A DNA stretch of 64,000 nucleotides, taken from positions 62,738 through 126,737 of IMG/VR virus record IMGVR_UViG_3300045988_117464; one strand, given 5' to 3'. The stretch comes from a virus. How positions within the stretch are numbered: position 1 is the stretch's first letter; each line of letters opens with the position of its first letter. The position numbers were made by a program, and so were the translations under genes. Shown piece by piece: positions 23,225 through 33,484 of this stretch. The notes below the pieces were generated by a model. It saw only the letters and a list, made by a program, of their open reading frames with translations. It was not told the origin of the DNA and searched no databases.

Positions 23225-23494
23225 TTACTCCGCGTCAGGAGCGTCGGGATCAAAGCTCATGCCAGCGGGAGTGAGAGAGAGGAACTTGACCTGCTTATGA
23301 GTGCCATCCTCAAGCTCAACCTCAGCGGGAGTGCGAAGACCGAGACCCTTGCGCTGAATAGCACTGGTAAAGATACCATCAACAGAACGCTTCTCGAGAC
23401 CGAGAGCCTCAGCAACATCAGCAGCGGTAACTTCCTGACCGTTAACTTCCTTCAAATAATTAAGAACCTTCTTAGAATTTTCCTTCATAGCCAT
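23225..23494 (-). CDS. Small protein with atypically GC-rich codon usage (possible abundant DNA-binding protein)
   Basis: Local GC is far above the window average (ctc/gcg/acc codons). AADVAEALGLEKRSVDGIFTSAIQRKGLG is HTH-like. Confidence 0.45.
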   Translation of the reverse strand: MAMKENSKKVLNYLKEVNGQEVTAADVAEALGLEKRSVDGIFTSAIQRKGLGLRTPAEVELEDGTHKQVKFLSLTPAGMSFDPDAPDAE

Positions 23495-23585
23495 AATAAT
23501 AATAATCTCCTTTAAATAATTAAATATTTTTTTTATTTTTTTCTTTTAACCTTTAGGTTATGTAAATATTATAGTAAAAAATTTT

Positions 23586-23786
23586 TTATTTGTCAAGAAT
23601 TTTTCCAAGAATTTCTTGAACCATTTCATCAATGGTTGTAATATCATCAAGACTGTGAACGTGGCTCGAAAGTTCCATAATTTGATTCTGGGCTTTACGA
23701 ACAGCTTGCGGGTCTTCACTTGTCTGAACGACTAATTCTGCATTAGCAATTTTTTTTGCGAGATTCTTGAGTTCTTTTGTTTTCAT
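23586..23786 (-). CDS. Hypothetical small protein
   Basis: ORF with promoter motifs upstream. Confidence 0.4.
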   Translation of the reverse strand: MKTKELKNLAKKIANAELVVQTSEDPQAVRKAQNQIMELSSHVHSLDDITTIDEMVQEILGKILDK

Positions 23787-23837
23787 TTAAAAATTTTCTT
23801 CCTTAATTTTTACAAGTTTATTTTACAAAAAATTTTT

Positions 23838-25049
23838 TTATTTGTCAAAACATTCCGCCAAAGTGCAGTCGGTAATGTTCTTATCATCGCGGAATCCTTT
23901 AAAAAACCCATGTCTTAAAGTATGGTCTTTGCTATTAATCTCCATACATTGTATAGAAACTACTCGGTTAAGGTATTTTTTAGGTTCTTTAGCAAAAGCT
24001 TCTTTAAGTTCATCGGTTAATCCAGAGGATACCGTTCCAATTTCAATAAGATTTCCTTTATCATCATAGGCGCCTAACTTCATAGATGTCTTCCATCCAT
24101 AATAATAGCCTTTGGTAATTGGTTGATAATATTTTTCATTATCTTCTAACAAATTACTTCCATTAGCAGGAGGATTCTTTAAATAATTTTTATAAAAATT
24201 CCCTTTTACTAATTGGGGTTTCGACCACCCTGCGAAACAATGATCTTCTTCAAAACAATTATAAAACATTGGTGTTTTTACTTCCCAATAAGGCCAAGTT
24301 GTAATTTCTTTACCATCATAATATTTAGTTGCTCCTTCAAATCCAATACAAATACAATCAACATAATCCATCTTTTTAATTTTAATAGAAGACCATGCTG
24401 GTCGTTTGTCCGGAACATATGGAGCATCTTTTTTCTTTAAAACCGCACCTTCTTCACCCGCGGCAAGGGCGGCCGCAGTAAACTCTTGAATATTATCAAG
24501 AACTGCACCTGCAAGTTCCATATAAGAATATTGACTTAAATTAAATTTATCCCAAATGGCTTTTAATACCTGATAACGTGTCCAAGCACCCTCATTTTGA
24601 ATATTAATTCCATTATATTTAATAACATCATGTAAATAATAATGGATTAATCCACTGGACTGCTGACGTTTAATCGCTTCAGGTGCTAAACATCCCATAA
24701 TTTTAGTCACATCTTTAGAAGTTTTACCTGGATAATAAATTTCACCTATTAAAATAGTGCCGGAAGGTAAATCTTTGAGTGCTTCATGAATATGAGGGAC
24801 ATTTGCTAACTTTTCAGTTAAAATACCAGTATTTGCACTTACATTACGACTAAATAAATAATCATAATGTTCTGTCTTTTCATACTGATACCAATATCCA
24901 TCTTTTTTCAATTCAGCAAAATATTCACCGCCATTACAAACAACGGGGAAAAGACTCTCTTTACCATCGGGCAATTTCCAAATTTTCATCGCTTGGATAC
25001 AATCTGCTTCTGGAGCATACTTATCAAGCAATTCTTTAGAGAAACTCAT
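23838..25049 (-). CDS. ATP-dependent polynucleotide ligase (KxDG nucleotidyltransferase; probably DNA ligase)
   Basis: AELKKDGYW (motif I KxDG); size and architecture like T7-type ligases. Confidence 0.55.
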   Translation of the reverse strand: MSFSKELLDKYAPEADCIQAMKIWKLPDGKESLFPVVCNGGEYFAELKKDGYWYQYEKTEHYDYLFSRNVSANTGILTEKLANVPHIHEALKDLPSGTILIGEIYYPGKTSKDVTKIMGCLAPEAIKRQQSSGLIHYYLHDVIKYNGINIQNEGAWTRYQVLKAIWDKFNLSQYSYMELAGAVLDNIQEFTAAALAAGEEGAVLKKKDAPYVPDKRPAWSSIKIKKMDYVDCICIGFEGATKYYDGKEITTWPYWEVKTPMFYNCFEEDHCFAGWSKPQLVKGNFYKNYLKNPPANGSNLLEDNEKYYQPITKGYYYGWKTSMKLGAYDDKGNLIEIGTVSSGLTDELKEAFAKEPKKYLNRVVSIQCMEINSKDHTLRHGFFKGFRDDKNITDCTLAECFDK

Positions 25050-25140
25050 TGATTTATTTCCGTCCTATCTTTAAATATATTATAGAAAAATTTTTTAAAA
25101 AAATCAAGTAAAGGAGGATATAATCCTCCTTTATAAGATT

Positions 25141-27516
25141 TTATACCTTAGTTGCTGACTTAATCTTGCTAGACTTAATAATCTGATTACCAACAGAAAT
25201 ACGCCCAAGAGCAGGAATGTCTTTTGCGGAAACGCAAATAGATGCTTTATCCCCTGTAATAAGTAGATTATCTTCATCAGCAATTAACGCAGTTGCGGTC
25301 AATGGACCGGTAGACCCACTCGTTTTATATATATTAAGTCCTTTACCACCACGTTTTTGCAAAGTCAATTCATTTAAAGATAATTTCTTTCCTAAGCCAT
25401 TTTCGCTAAATACTGCTATAGAATCAGTATCATGTCGAATTGGCATAGTAGAAATTACTTCATCACCTTCGTTAAGATTAATACCTTTAACTCCAGCGGT
25501 AGCGCGAGAGGTCGCGGTAATGTCTGTAGAATTAAATTTAATTCCCATGCCATTTTTAGTTGTTAATATAATAGGCTCATCTTTAATTAAACATACAGAT
25601 GCTAAACTATCGCCTTCGCGCAAACTAATTGCGACAATACCAGTCTTTTTCTTCGTATTAATATACTCTTCCAAAGCAGTCTTCTTTACAAGTCCATTCT
25701 TAGTAGTAAACAATACATATTTGGCATCAGTATCTCTATAAATTGAATACATTGTCTCAGGATTTTCATCAGGAGCCATATTTACAAGACTCTTAATAGA
25801 TTGGCCTTGTGAGCTATTCGTTCCTACTGGAATATTGTCAACTAAAAGTCGATACATTACACCTTTATTTGAGAAAATCATTAGAGAATCAATGGTATTA
25901 GTTCTTAAAACACAAGAGGTAATATCTTCTTGAGATTTAATACCTTTACCATTTTTCTTTTGCGTGCGATAAGAAGCAGTCGGGATACGCTTAATTGTTC
26001 CACCCTCAGTCATTACAACAACACACTTTTCAGGTTCAACATACTCAATTTCTTTATCTTCTTTTTCTACTGGAGCTTGAATGATTTTAGTAATACGCGC
26101 ATCACCATAAGTATTTTTAATAGTAATGAAAATCTTTTCAAGTTCATCAGTGGGGTCTTTAAGAATTAAAGCTAAACGCTCACTCTCTTTAATTAAATTA
26201 TCTCTTTCCTCTTGGATTTCAACTTTTTCTAAACGAGCTAATCTACTTAATTTAATATCAAGAATTGCTTTAGCTTGATCTTCATCTAATTTATATTGAG
26301 TCATTAAAGCTTGACGAGCAACAACCGCGCTCTCGCTCTTTTTAATAAGAGCAATTATATTATCAATATCTTCAAGTGCTTTAAGGATACCATTTAAAAT
26401 ATGAATACGAGCTTGTGCTTTATCATATTCATATTTTGTTTTTCTCAATATTACATCTTTTTGATGACTAATATAAATTTCAATAAGTTGTTTAAGATTT
26501 AAAAGTTTTGGTTTCTTATTAACAAGAGCAACCTGATTAAAACTATATGTTTCTTCAAGACGAGATAACTTATAAAGTTTAGAAATAATAGGCTGAGCAC
26601 TAACACCCTTATCAAGTTCAATTACAAAACGCACTCCATCTTTAGTGCTTTCATCTCTAATAGCAACAATGCCATTTAATTTGCCCTCTTCACAAAGTTT
26701 ATCAATATCTTCACAAAGAGTATCTTTTGAAACTTTATAAGGAATTGTAGTAAATACAATTAAATCATGTGTTTTTTCATGCTCAATTACATAATCAGCC
26801 CTCATACGAGCTCGACCTTTACCAGTTAAATAAGCAGTTTTTAATTCATCTTTATTGATAACAGTTCCACCAGTAGGAAAATCAGGGCCTTGGACAAATT
26901 GAAGCAAATCTTCAACTTTACACTCGCTATTACGCAAAGTGTAAATAATTGCATCCATAATTTCAATTAAATTATGTGGAGCAAAAGAACAAGCCATGGC
27001 AACTGCAATACCAGTAGTGCCATTTACAAGAAGGTGCGGAATTCGGCCCGGCAAATACACTGGTTCATTTTCAACATCAGTATAAGCTAATTGCCAATCG
27101 CAAGTATTCTTTTTAATGTCAGCAAGCATTTCTTCGCCAATTTTAGATAATTTACATTCAGTATAACGATAAGCTGCTGGTTCTCCACCATCACGACTAC
27201 CATTATTGCCATGGAATGAAATTAACGGATAACGCATCGTCCAAGGTTGGCTTAAAAGACATAAAGCTCCATAGATAGAGCTATCACCATGAGGATGAAA
27301 ACGACCCATTGCATCACCGACAGGCTGAGCGCACTTAACAAACTTTTTATTATTAAGATATCCTTTATCAAACATATCATAAAGAATACGTCTTGCAACT
27401 GGTTTTAATCCATCTTCCGCAGATGGAATTGCTCTATCAGTTATTACACTTAAAGAGTAATCCAGGAAGGATTGCTCCACTTCATTAACTATTGGAGTTT
27501 TTAGAATCTCTCCCAT
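25141..27516 (-). CDS. gyrA: Type II topoisomerase subunit A (GyrA / T4 gp52-like)
   Basis: GRFHPHGDSSIYGAL (GyrA YHPHGD motif), active-site Tyr region, and a long C-terminal beta-pinwheel-like repeat region. Confidence 0.8.
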   Translation of the reverse strand: MGEILKTPIVNEVEQSFLDYSLSVITDRAIPSAEDGLKPVARRILYDMFDKGYLNNKKFVKCAQPVGDAMGRFHPHGDSSIYGALCLLSQPWTMRYPLISFHGNNGSRDGGEPAAYRYTECKLSKIGEEMLADIKKNTCDWQLAYTDVENEPVYLPGRIPHLLVNGTTGIAVAMACSFAPHNLIEIMDAIIYTLRNSECKVEDLLQFVQGPDFPTGGTVINKDELKTAYLTGKGRARMRADYVIEHEKTHDLIVFTTIPYKVSKDTLCEDIDKLCEEGKLNGIVAIRDESTKDGVRFVIELDKGVSAQPIISKLYKLSRLEETYSFNQVALVNKKPKLLNLKQLIEIYISHQKDVILRKTKYEYDKAQARIHILNGILKALEDIDNIIALIKKSESAVVARQALMTQYKLDEDQAKAILDIKLSRLARLEKVEIQEERDNLIKESERLALILKDPTDELEKIFITIKNTYGDARITKIIQAPVEKEDKEIEYVEPEKCVVVMTEGGTIKRIPTASYRTQKKNGKGIKSQEDITSCVLRTNTIDSLMIFSNKGVMYRLLVDNIPVGTNSSQGQSIKSLVNMAPDENPETMYSIYRDTDAKYVLFTTKNGLVKKTALEEYINTKKKTGIVAISLREGDSLASVCLIKDEPIILTTKNGMGIKFNSTDITATSRATAGVKGINLNEGDEVISTMPIRHDTDSIAVFSENGLGKKLSLNELTLQKRGGKGLNIYKTSGSTGPLTATALIADEDNLLITGDKASICVSAKDIPALGRISVGNQIIKSSKIKSATKV

Positions 27517-28009
27517 ATTTTTTAAGGACCTCCTCAGCTGTAATTTTTCCAGTAGCGAGACCGTCTGCTAACTCATTCCACAAATGGCCATCATGCCCGG
27601 AAATTTTTCTCAAATCAATTTTGACTTCTTTCTCTGTTTCATAATAATCTTTAATTAAATCAAGATTTTCTGGAACTTTTTTATTGGATTTAATCCAATT
27701 ATTACGCTCCCATCCATACATCCAATTGGTAAAAGTATTTACACAATAGGCTGAATCACTATATACAGTAGGGATATCATTAGTCCATTCTCCATTATCA
27801 TGTTTACCATATTTTTTCAACACATGAAGAATAGCTTTAATTTCTTCTCTGTTATTTGTAGTATCTTCAAAAGCGTTTATTTGACAAGCATCAATTACAA
27901 CACCATTCTCAGGATTGCTATCATATTCAACAACAACAAACCCATAACCACCGCTATTATTTTTTTGTCCGTTTTTGCGACATGAACCGTCAGTATAAAT
28001 CGCAATCAT
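27485..28009 (-). CDS. rnhA: Ribonuclease H
   Basis: IYTDGSC...GYGFVV...EEIKAIL...YSDSAYCVNTFTNW...ISGHDGHLWNELADGLA. Confidence 0.75.
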   Translation of the reverse strand: MIAIYTDGSCRKNGQKNNSGGYGFVVVEYDSNPENGVVIDACQINAFEDTTNNREEIKAILHVLKKYGKHDNGEWTNDIPTVYSDSAYCVNTFTNWMYGWERNNWIKSNKKVPENLDLIKDYYETEKEVKIDLRKISGHDGHLWNELADGLATGKITAEEVLKKYGRDSKNSNS

Positions 28010-28283
28010 ATGATGGCCTCCCTAAAAATTCATTTTCTCCACAATCAATATGAAAAGAAGTATTAGTAAAAATAGTAATTTTATCAATAAAATAATCGTT
28101 AATAATATTTACTTTATTGTCTGGAAATAACTTTTGTAATTGCTCGTGGAGGTCTCTACAAGTAATTATATCAATATCTTTATTAACATGAGCTAAAATA
28201 ACGTCATCTTTACGAATAGGAATTATTTCAATAGGCGTTCCTTTATAATTACTTACATATCCCTTATCAGTTTTATACATCAA
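27990..28283 (-). CDS. Hypothetical protein
   Basis: ORF only. Confidence 0.3.
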   Translation of the reverse strand: MMYKTDKGYVSNYKGTPIEIIPIRKDDVILAHVNKDIDIITCRDLHEQLQKLFPDNKVNIINDYFIDKITIFTNTSFHIDCGENEFLGRPSYDCDLY

Positions 28284-28457
28284 TATTGGCCCTTTCTGCG
28301 TTTAACTCAATGAAAGATTTACGAGGGCCGACTGATTCCCCCATCAAATCCATAAATGTTTTATTTACAAGATTCATATCATCCATTGTAATTTGTTTTA
28401 AGGTGCGAGTTTCTGGATTCATAACCAATTCCATCTCATGGGTGTCCATTTCGCCTA
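28284..28457 (-). CDS. gyrB: Type II topoisomerase subunit B (GyrB-like), exon 2 (C-terminus)
   Basis: |LGEMDTHEMELVMNPETRTLKQITMDDMNLVNKTFMDLMGESVGPRKSFIELNAERANIDV matches GyrB GLGEMNPEQLWETTMDPE...LMGDxVEPRRxFIEENA..ANIDI. Confidence 0.75.
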
Positions 28458-29500
28458 CATGTTTCTCCAATATTACTATTGGCACTGACTAGTTCTTCGC
28501 TCCGGCTAACGTATTAACTGCCATCATCACGCCTACCTTTTTGAAAGTATGTATCAATAATACTTCCTACTCCCCGACAAAGGGGATAGTCGATACAGGA
28601 TTAAACTACGATATTTTTCCAATTCTAATAACTCCATATATTTGTAAAAGAACCATATGTAAGTTTATTAGAATAATCTTTATAAACTTCTCTTATATTT
28701 TCTCCATTTTTACGACGCAATCTTATTTGATAAACATCTTGTTCGGTCATTTTAGAGCGTCCATTTTTACTTCCCTAATTAGAAGTATTATGTTTATGAA
28801 AATTTTTATTTTCAATTGTATATACTTCTGGCATAATATTTTTCCAAGTATCACCATTCCAAATTTTATGGAAGCCAGATTCACCAATTAAATTTTTATA
28901 ATCTTCATAAACTTCATTTTTTCTTTCTTGATTATTATAACGAGTTCTAATATTAATAACATCTTGTTTAGTTAATTTATGACTCGGATGACTTTCTTCA
29001 GTATTAAATTGCCCTCCAGGAGTCATATTATACTAATCAGGATAAGTATTATAATATTTTATATAATACTATTCTCTATCATTAAGTTCTTCGATAGAAC
29101 ATTCTTCTAATATCTCAAAAGAAAAATTATTTATTCCATATTCTAATATATCTTTATATAACTTTTTATTTTTTTCTCTATACCAGTTATATGATTTTTT
29201 ATGTTCTCTAAAACGCTATTCTATTTGTGTGCTTTGTCCTATATAAGATAAGTTATTTATTTTATTGGTTATTTTATAAATACCAATCATTTTAATTACC
29301 TCACTAATTATAAGTAAGATAATATCGTAGTTCTTCCCACGAGATTATCTCCACTAATATTTAACGCTCATTCATTTCAATTTTTCCTGAAATGTCCTAA
29401 ATATTAGCAAGACTGCCTCGTTAGCCGCCAACTGGAAAATTTTACCAATTCGCGACCCCGCCGATCAGCGGAAAAGTAGGTAAGGGCCAGACTTCCTCGT
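28458..29500 (-). mobile_element. Group I intron in gyrB, carrying a GIY-YIG homing endonuclease gene
   Basis: 5' exon ends ...atg aaa ggg t (U); intron terminal G at 28458; 3' exon starts ta ggc gaa atg. Joining gives R-M-K-G-L-G-E-M, which is exactly the GyrB consensus RYKGLGEM. Intron motifs ggcggctaacgagg / aatctcgtggga (5') and tacttcctactccccgacaaaggggatagtcgatacagg (3'). Confidence 0.7.
28607..29289 (-). CDS. GIY-YIG homing endonuclease (intron-encoded), in-frame TAGs
   Basis: MIGIYKITNKINNLSYIGQSTQIE-(TAG)-RFREHKKSY...NNFSFEILEECS; repeated KLTKQDVINIRTRY / KMTEQDVYQIRLRR linker motifs. Confidence 0.7.
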
Positions 29501-31253
29501 ACCCTTTCATACGTCCTAACTCAAAAGATCGGTTCATAGTTTTTCTGAATGTTTCAAGAGCAACGTCATCTTTAAGATATTTAATATTCGTGCCCCAAGT
29601 CGCTTTATAAAGAGGTGGAACCGCCGCGTAAATATAACCTTTTTTAATTAATTCAGGCGCAAACTTCCAAATAAATGTAAGAAACAAAATACGAATATGA
29701 CTACCATCAACATCGGCATCCGCTGTAATAATAATCTTACCATAACGTAATTTGGATTCATCTACAATTACTTTACCATCTTTAACTTCAAGGCCAAAAG
29801 CATCAATCATCGCACTAATTTCTTTATTTCCTAACGCTTTGTGCAAATCTGTCTTTAAAGTATTAAGAATTTTACCTCTTACGGGTAAAACTGCTTGTGT
29901 ATTGCGGTTGCGAGCTTCCTTAGTGGGGCCTTCTGCGGAACGACCTTCAACAATAAAAATTTCACATTCGCTCCTATTTTTACTATTGGCATCACTTAAT
30001 GTGCCGGGTAAAATAGTTCTTTTCTTCGTATCAACTTTACGAACGGTTTCTTTAGCCTTTTTCGCTTTTTCACGGGCCGCACGCGCCAACATTGCCTTAT
30101 CTACAATAGCTTTAGCATCTTTTGGATTATTGTCAAGCCAAACTTTTAAATCTTTTGATACAAGGCGTTGAACAATAGTTCTTGCTTCACTACTGGATAG
30201 AACATCTTTAGTTTGACCAGAGAAAACCGGGTCAGGCATAATAAATGAAAGAACAAGACTTAATCCTTCTTTGAGTTCTTCACCAGTGATATTAGCATCT
30301 TTCTCTTTTAAAAGACCTTTATCACGAGCGTATTCATTAATAGAAGTAGTAAGTGCTGTTCTAAAACCGGTTAGATGTGTTCCACCACTATTAGGAATTG
30401 AATTAGTATAAAGTTTATAAGTATCGCTATAGGTATCATTATACTCCATAGCAATTTTTACACCAATTCTATCTTCAATATTTTCAGTATAAAAAATTGA
30501 AGTAAGAGAAGTTTTATTGCTATTTAAATCTTTAATATAATCAAGAATACCATTTTTTGAAGTAATTTCTTCTTCTGGCTTATCAAGATAAGTAAAATGA
30601 AATACCATACCAGGAGAAAGATAAGCTAATTCTTGAATTTGTTTTCTTAAAGCATCATAATCAAGAAGAATACCTTCTTTAAAAATGCTTTCATCTGGTA
30701 AAAATTTAACCCAAGTTCCAGTCTCTTTACCGGCCCATTTTTCTTCTTGATAATCTTTTAATTTTCCTTTTTCAAAAGACGCAACAGCATGTTTACCATC
30801 GCGGAAAGATGCAACTTGAAAATAACGAGAAAGAGCGTTAGTGGCTTTAGCGCCAACGCCGTTCATACCGCCAGATGTATTATATCCAGTTTTTCCATTA
30901 CTGTCAAATTTTGCACCGGTATGAAGTTTAGTATAAATATTTACCAATGTTTCACTACCGTCTTTAGCTTTTCCAAAAGGAACACCACGTCCATTGTCGC
31001 GGATTTCAACATAACCATCTTTAGATACTGAAATATCGCAACGAGTACAATGACCATTTAAATATTCATCAACTGCGTTTGAAATAATTTCAAGAGTAAT
31101 ATGTTTAACTCCATCAGGCCCAGTAGAACCGATGAACATACCAGGTCTAAGACGAATTGCTTCCATCCCTTCTAAAGTTTTTATATCTTTAATACCATAA
31201 TCATCTTTTCCTCTTTTGAGGATAATTTCTTGACTCAATCTAAATACCTCCAA
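29501..31253 (-). CDS. gyrB: Type II topoisomerase subunit B (GyrB-like), exon 1 (ATPase plus TOPRIM)
   Basis: GHKE ATPase region (IISNAVDE...GRGVP), TOPRIM (ECEIFIVEGRSAEG, IIITADADVDGSHIR), ...YAAVPPLYK. Confidence 0.8.
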
Positions 31254-31259
31254 ATATAA

Positions 31260-31984
31260 TTTTTATGGGTATTTCTTTTACCTCTACAAACAGCGGATAT
31301 AGTAGAAGAATTTCCTCCACAAAATTGTGCTGCTAATTGTAAACTATCGAATTCTTTTATAAGATTATTATTTTTATCAAATGCTCCTACTTTACGGCTT
31401 GTTTTTATTATTCTATTAGACTAAATTTGATTAGTCTTTTTTTCAGGTTCAATAATTTGATTTTCTTCATCTAAAAATCTAAATATTCTATTTCCTGTAG
31501 TTAGTCTAATCCCATTACATACATTACTAATTTTAAATCTATCTAAATTAGTCTATTCTCCCGCTTCAGCCAATGAATTCCAAATATTTAAAATATTTTT
31601 ATCTTTATCAATTTCACAAACTTTTTTTCCATATTTTTTTCTTTTTGTATTACTCATTTTTGAAGCAATTTTAGGATCAAACATAGGACTTTCTGTATTA
31701 TCAGTCTAATTATATCCTTTTGGAAAAATACAGTCTTCTTTAATAATATAATCATGCTCTATTTTAATCATATCTTCCCAATTTTTAGCATTACTAATAA
31801 TTTCAAATGTAAAATTATCTATCCCGTATTCACGGAAATCTTGCATCAGTGGATAATTATAATGATGATCTTTCGGATTTTTAGAAGCTCCAATATGATG
31901 TCTCCAACGTCTATGCACATCAATCGAAGAACCAATATATATTTTATTATTTATTTTATTAGTAATTTTATAAATTTGATACAT
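31260..31984 (-). CDS. Free-standing GIY-YIG homing endonuclease (3 in-frame TAGs)
   Basis: MYQIYKITNKINNKIYIGSSIDVHRRWRHH...NFTFEIISNA; sits between a gene and gyrB with no intron motifs nearby. Confidence 0.65.
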
Positions 31985-32058
31985 AGAAATTCACAACCTT
32001 TCTATTATATCTTAAAATTTATTTAGATATATTTTTTACATTCCTGCCCCATTCCTGG

Positions 32059-32283
32059 TCAACCGCACTCATATTCGTTATAAACAATTTTTTCAAAATC
32101 TTCTTTAGAGATTTCGGGCAAAGTATATAAATAACCATTAGCTTTATCATTATAATAAAATAAAAAACTATTATAATCATGATTTTCTAATGCTTTTTCG
32201 ATACTATTAATTACTGTTGGAATATAATCTCTAGAAAGATGATCATACCAATAATAAACGATACCTTCAGTTGTCGTTGCCAT
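32059..32283 (-). CDS. Hypothetical protein
   Basis: ORF only. Confidence 0.3.
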   Translation of the reverse strand: MATTTEGIVYYWYDHLSRDYIPTVINSIEKALENHDYNSFLFYYNDKANGYLYTLPEISKEDFEKIVYNEYECG

Positions 32284-32878
32284 TAGATTCCTCCTTAACT
32301 TTAGGAATAATTTGATTTAATTTATAATCATAAGCTAAATCATTATATAACTTTTTTAAATATTTCTTATTAAGTAATTCTTCAATAGGAGTTCCATTTT
32401 TCCACCTAAGAAAAATTACATTAACAAAAGATTTAACAACTGGGTGCATCAAAACTTCTTCGCGCTTTTTGAGCCACCAGTTTAATTCACTTTCTGCATT
32501 AAATTTATCTTTCATATATGCGGCTCCCGCACCCAAATAATCACAAAGAAGTTCAACGGTATCTTCATAGGGCATTAATAGTGCTTTTGGATGGCCTACT
32601 CCGCCATCTTTAATATCGTCAATCCAATACTCCCAATGATGAGTATTGTGGCCTTTATGATGTTGCCATGCTTTACTAAATCCATTAACATCTTTACAAT
32701 TATCAATTGGAGAACGATTACCGGTCCAATAGTGAGCGGATTCAATGAATTCAATAGGAGTAAACTTGGATAAATCATGCTTAATACCGCGCCAAGGGAT
32801 ACCAGCCATTTTACAATATTTAAATACATACTTTTTATGTGTTAAAACAGTATTTAAATGATTAATATAATTACTCAT
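32267..32878 (-). CDS. Hypothetical His-rich protein (HHKGHNTHHWEYW)
   Basis: ORF with a canonical promoter at 32905-32945. Confidence 0.4.
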   Translation of the reverse strand: MSNYINHLNTVLTHKKYVFKYCKMAGIPWRGIKHDLSKFTPIEFIESAHYWTGNRSPIDNCKDVNGFSKAWQHHKGHNTHHWEYWIDDIKDGGVGHPKALLMPYEDTVELLCDYLGAGAAYMKDKFNAESELNWWLKKREEVLMHPVVKSFVNVIFLRWKNGTPIEELLNKKYLKKLYNDLAYDYKLNQIIPKVKEESNGNDN

Positions 32879-32904
32879 ATTTTTTTCTCCAATAACATAT
32901 TTCT

Positions 32905-32945
32905 TTATTTTATAAATATATTATAACAAAAATATTTTGGAAAGT
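32905..32945 (-). promoter_or_regulatory. Sigma70-like promoter (minus strand TTGACT-17-TATAAT) for gene 32267..32878
   Basis: Reverse complement of tataaatatattataacaaaaatattttggaaagtcaa. Confidence 0.5.
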
Positions 32946-32983
32946 CAAAAAATCGTGGCTTAAAATGCCGATTTAAATAAAAC

Positions 32984-33016
32984 TTGACAGAGATAAAAAA
33001 TTTTTTGTATAATATA
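32984..33016 (+). promoter_or_regulatory. Plus-strand sigma70-like promoter (TTGACA-18-TATAAT) pointing into the minus-strand lysis cassette
   Basis: aaaacTTGACAgagataaaaaattttttgTATAATatatttaag. No credible plus-strand ORF follows. Confidence 0.4.
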
Positions 33017-33087
33017 TTTAAGAGAAGCGCCCAGAGATATAAATAAAAAAATTGGATAGTATATTTTATATACTATCCAATTTTATA

Positions 33088-33483
33088 TTAAATACCATAA
33101 TCAGTATTTATAGGATCACTATTATCGCTATAATCGTCTTCGGTATAATAACTCATAGAAGTAGTTTCAGTATTATCTACTGTTGGTGTATTATTTAATT
33201 CTTCTTTATAATTATTATAAGCTTCATCAAGCTCTTTCATAACTGACGCATATTTAACGCCATCTTTGGTATTTTCAGCCATTGATTTTTTATAATAGTA
33301 TACTTGGCTCACGCCATATGCCGCCCAAGGAAGACTTGCGCTTGCGGTAAGCCAAGGTAAAGAACCCATATATCCATTATAAATACAATAAAATGCTAAA
33401 ACAATATATGCTAATGTTGAAATCCAAATTAAGGCAGACTCTTGAATTAACAGAGTTTTAGAAAATTCTCTTTTTTGTTTCAT
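33088..33483 (-). CDS. Holin-like membrane protein
   Basis: Two predicted TM helices, a charged/acidic C-terminal tail, and a position immediately downstream of the endolysin. Confidence 0.45.
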   Translation of the reverse strand: MKQKREFSKTLLIQESALIWISTLAYIVLAFYCIYNGYMGSLPWLTASASLPWAAYGVSQVYYYKKSMAENTKDGVKYASVMKELDEAYNNYKEELNNTPTVDNTETTSMSYYTEDDYSDNSDPINTDYGI

Positions 33484-33484
33484 A

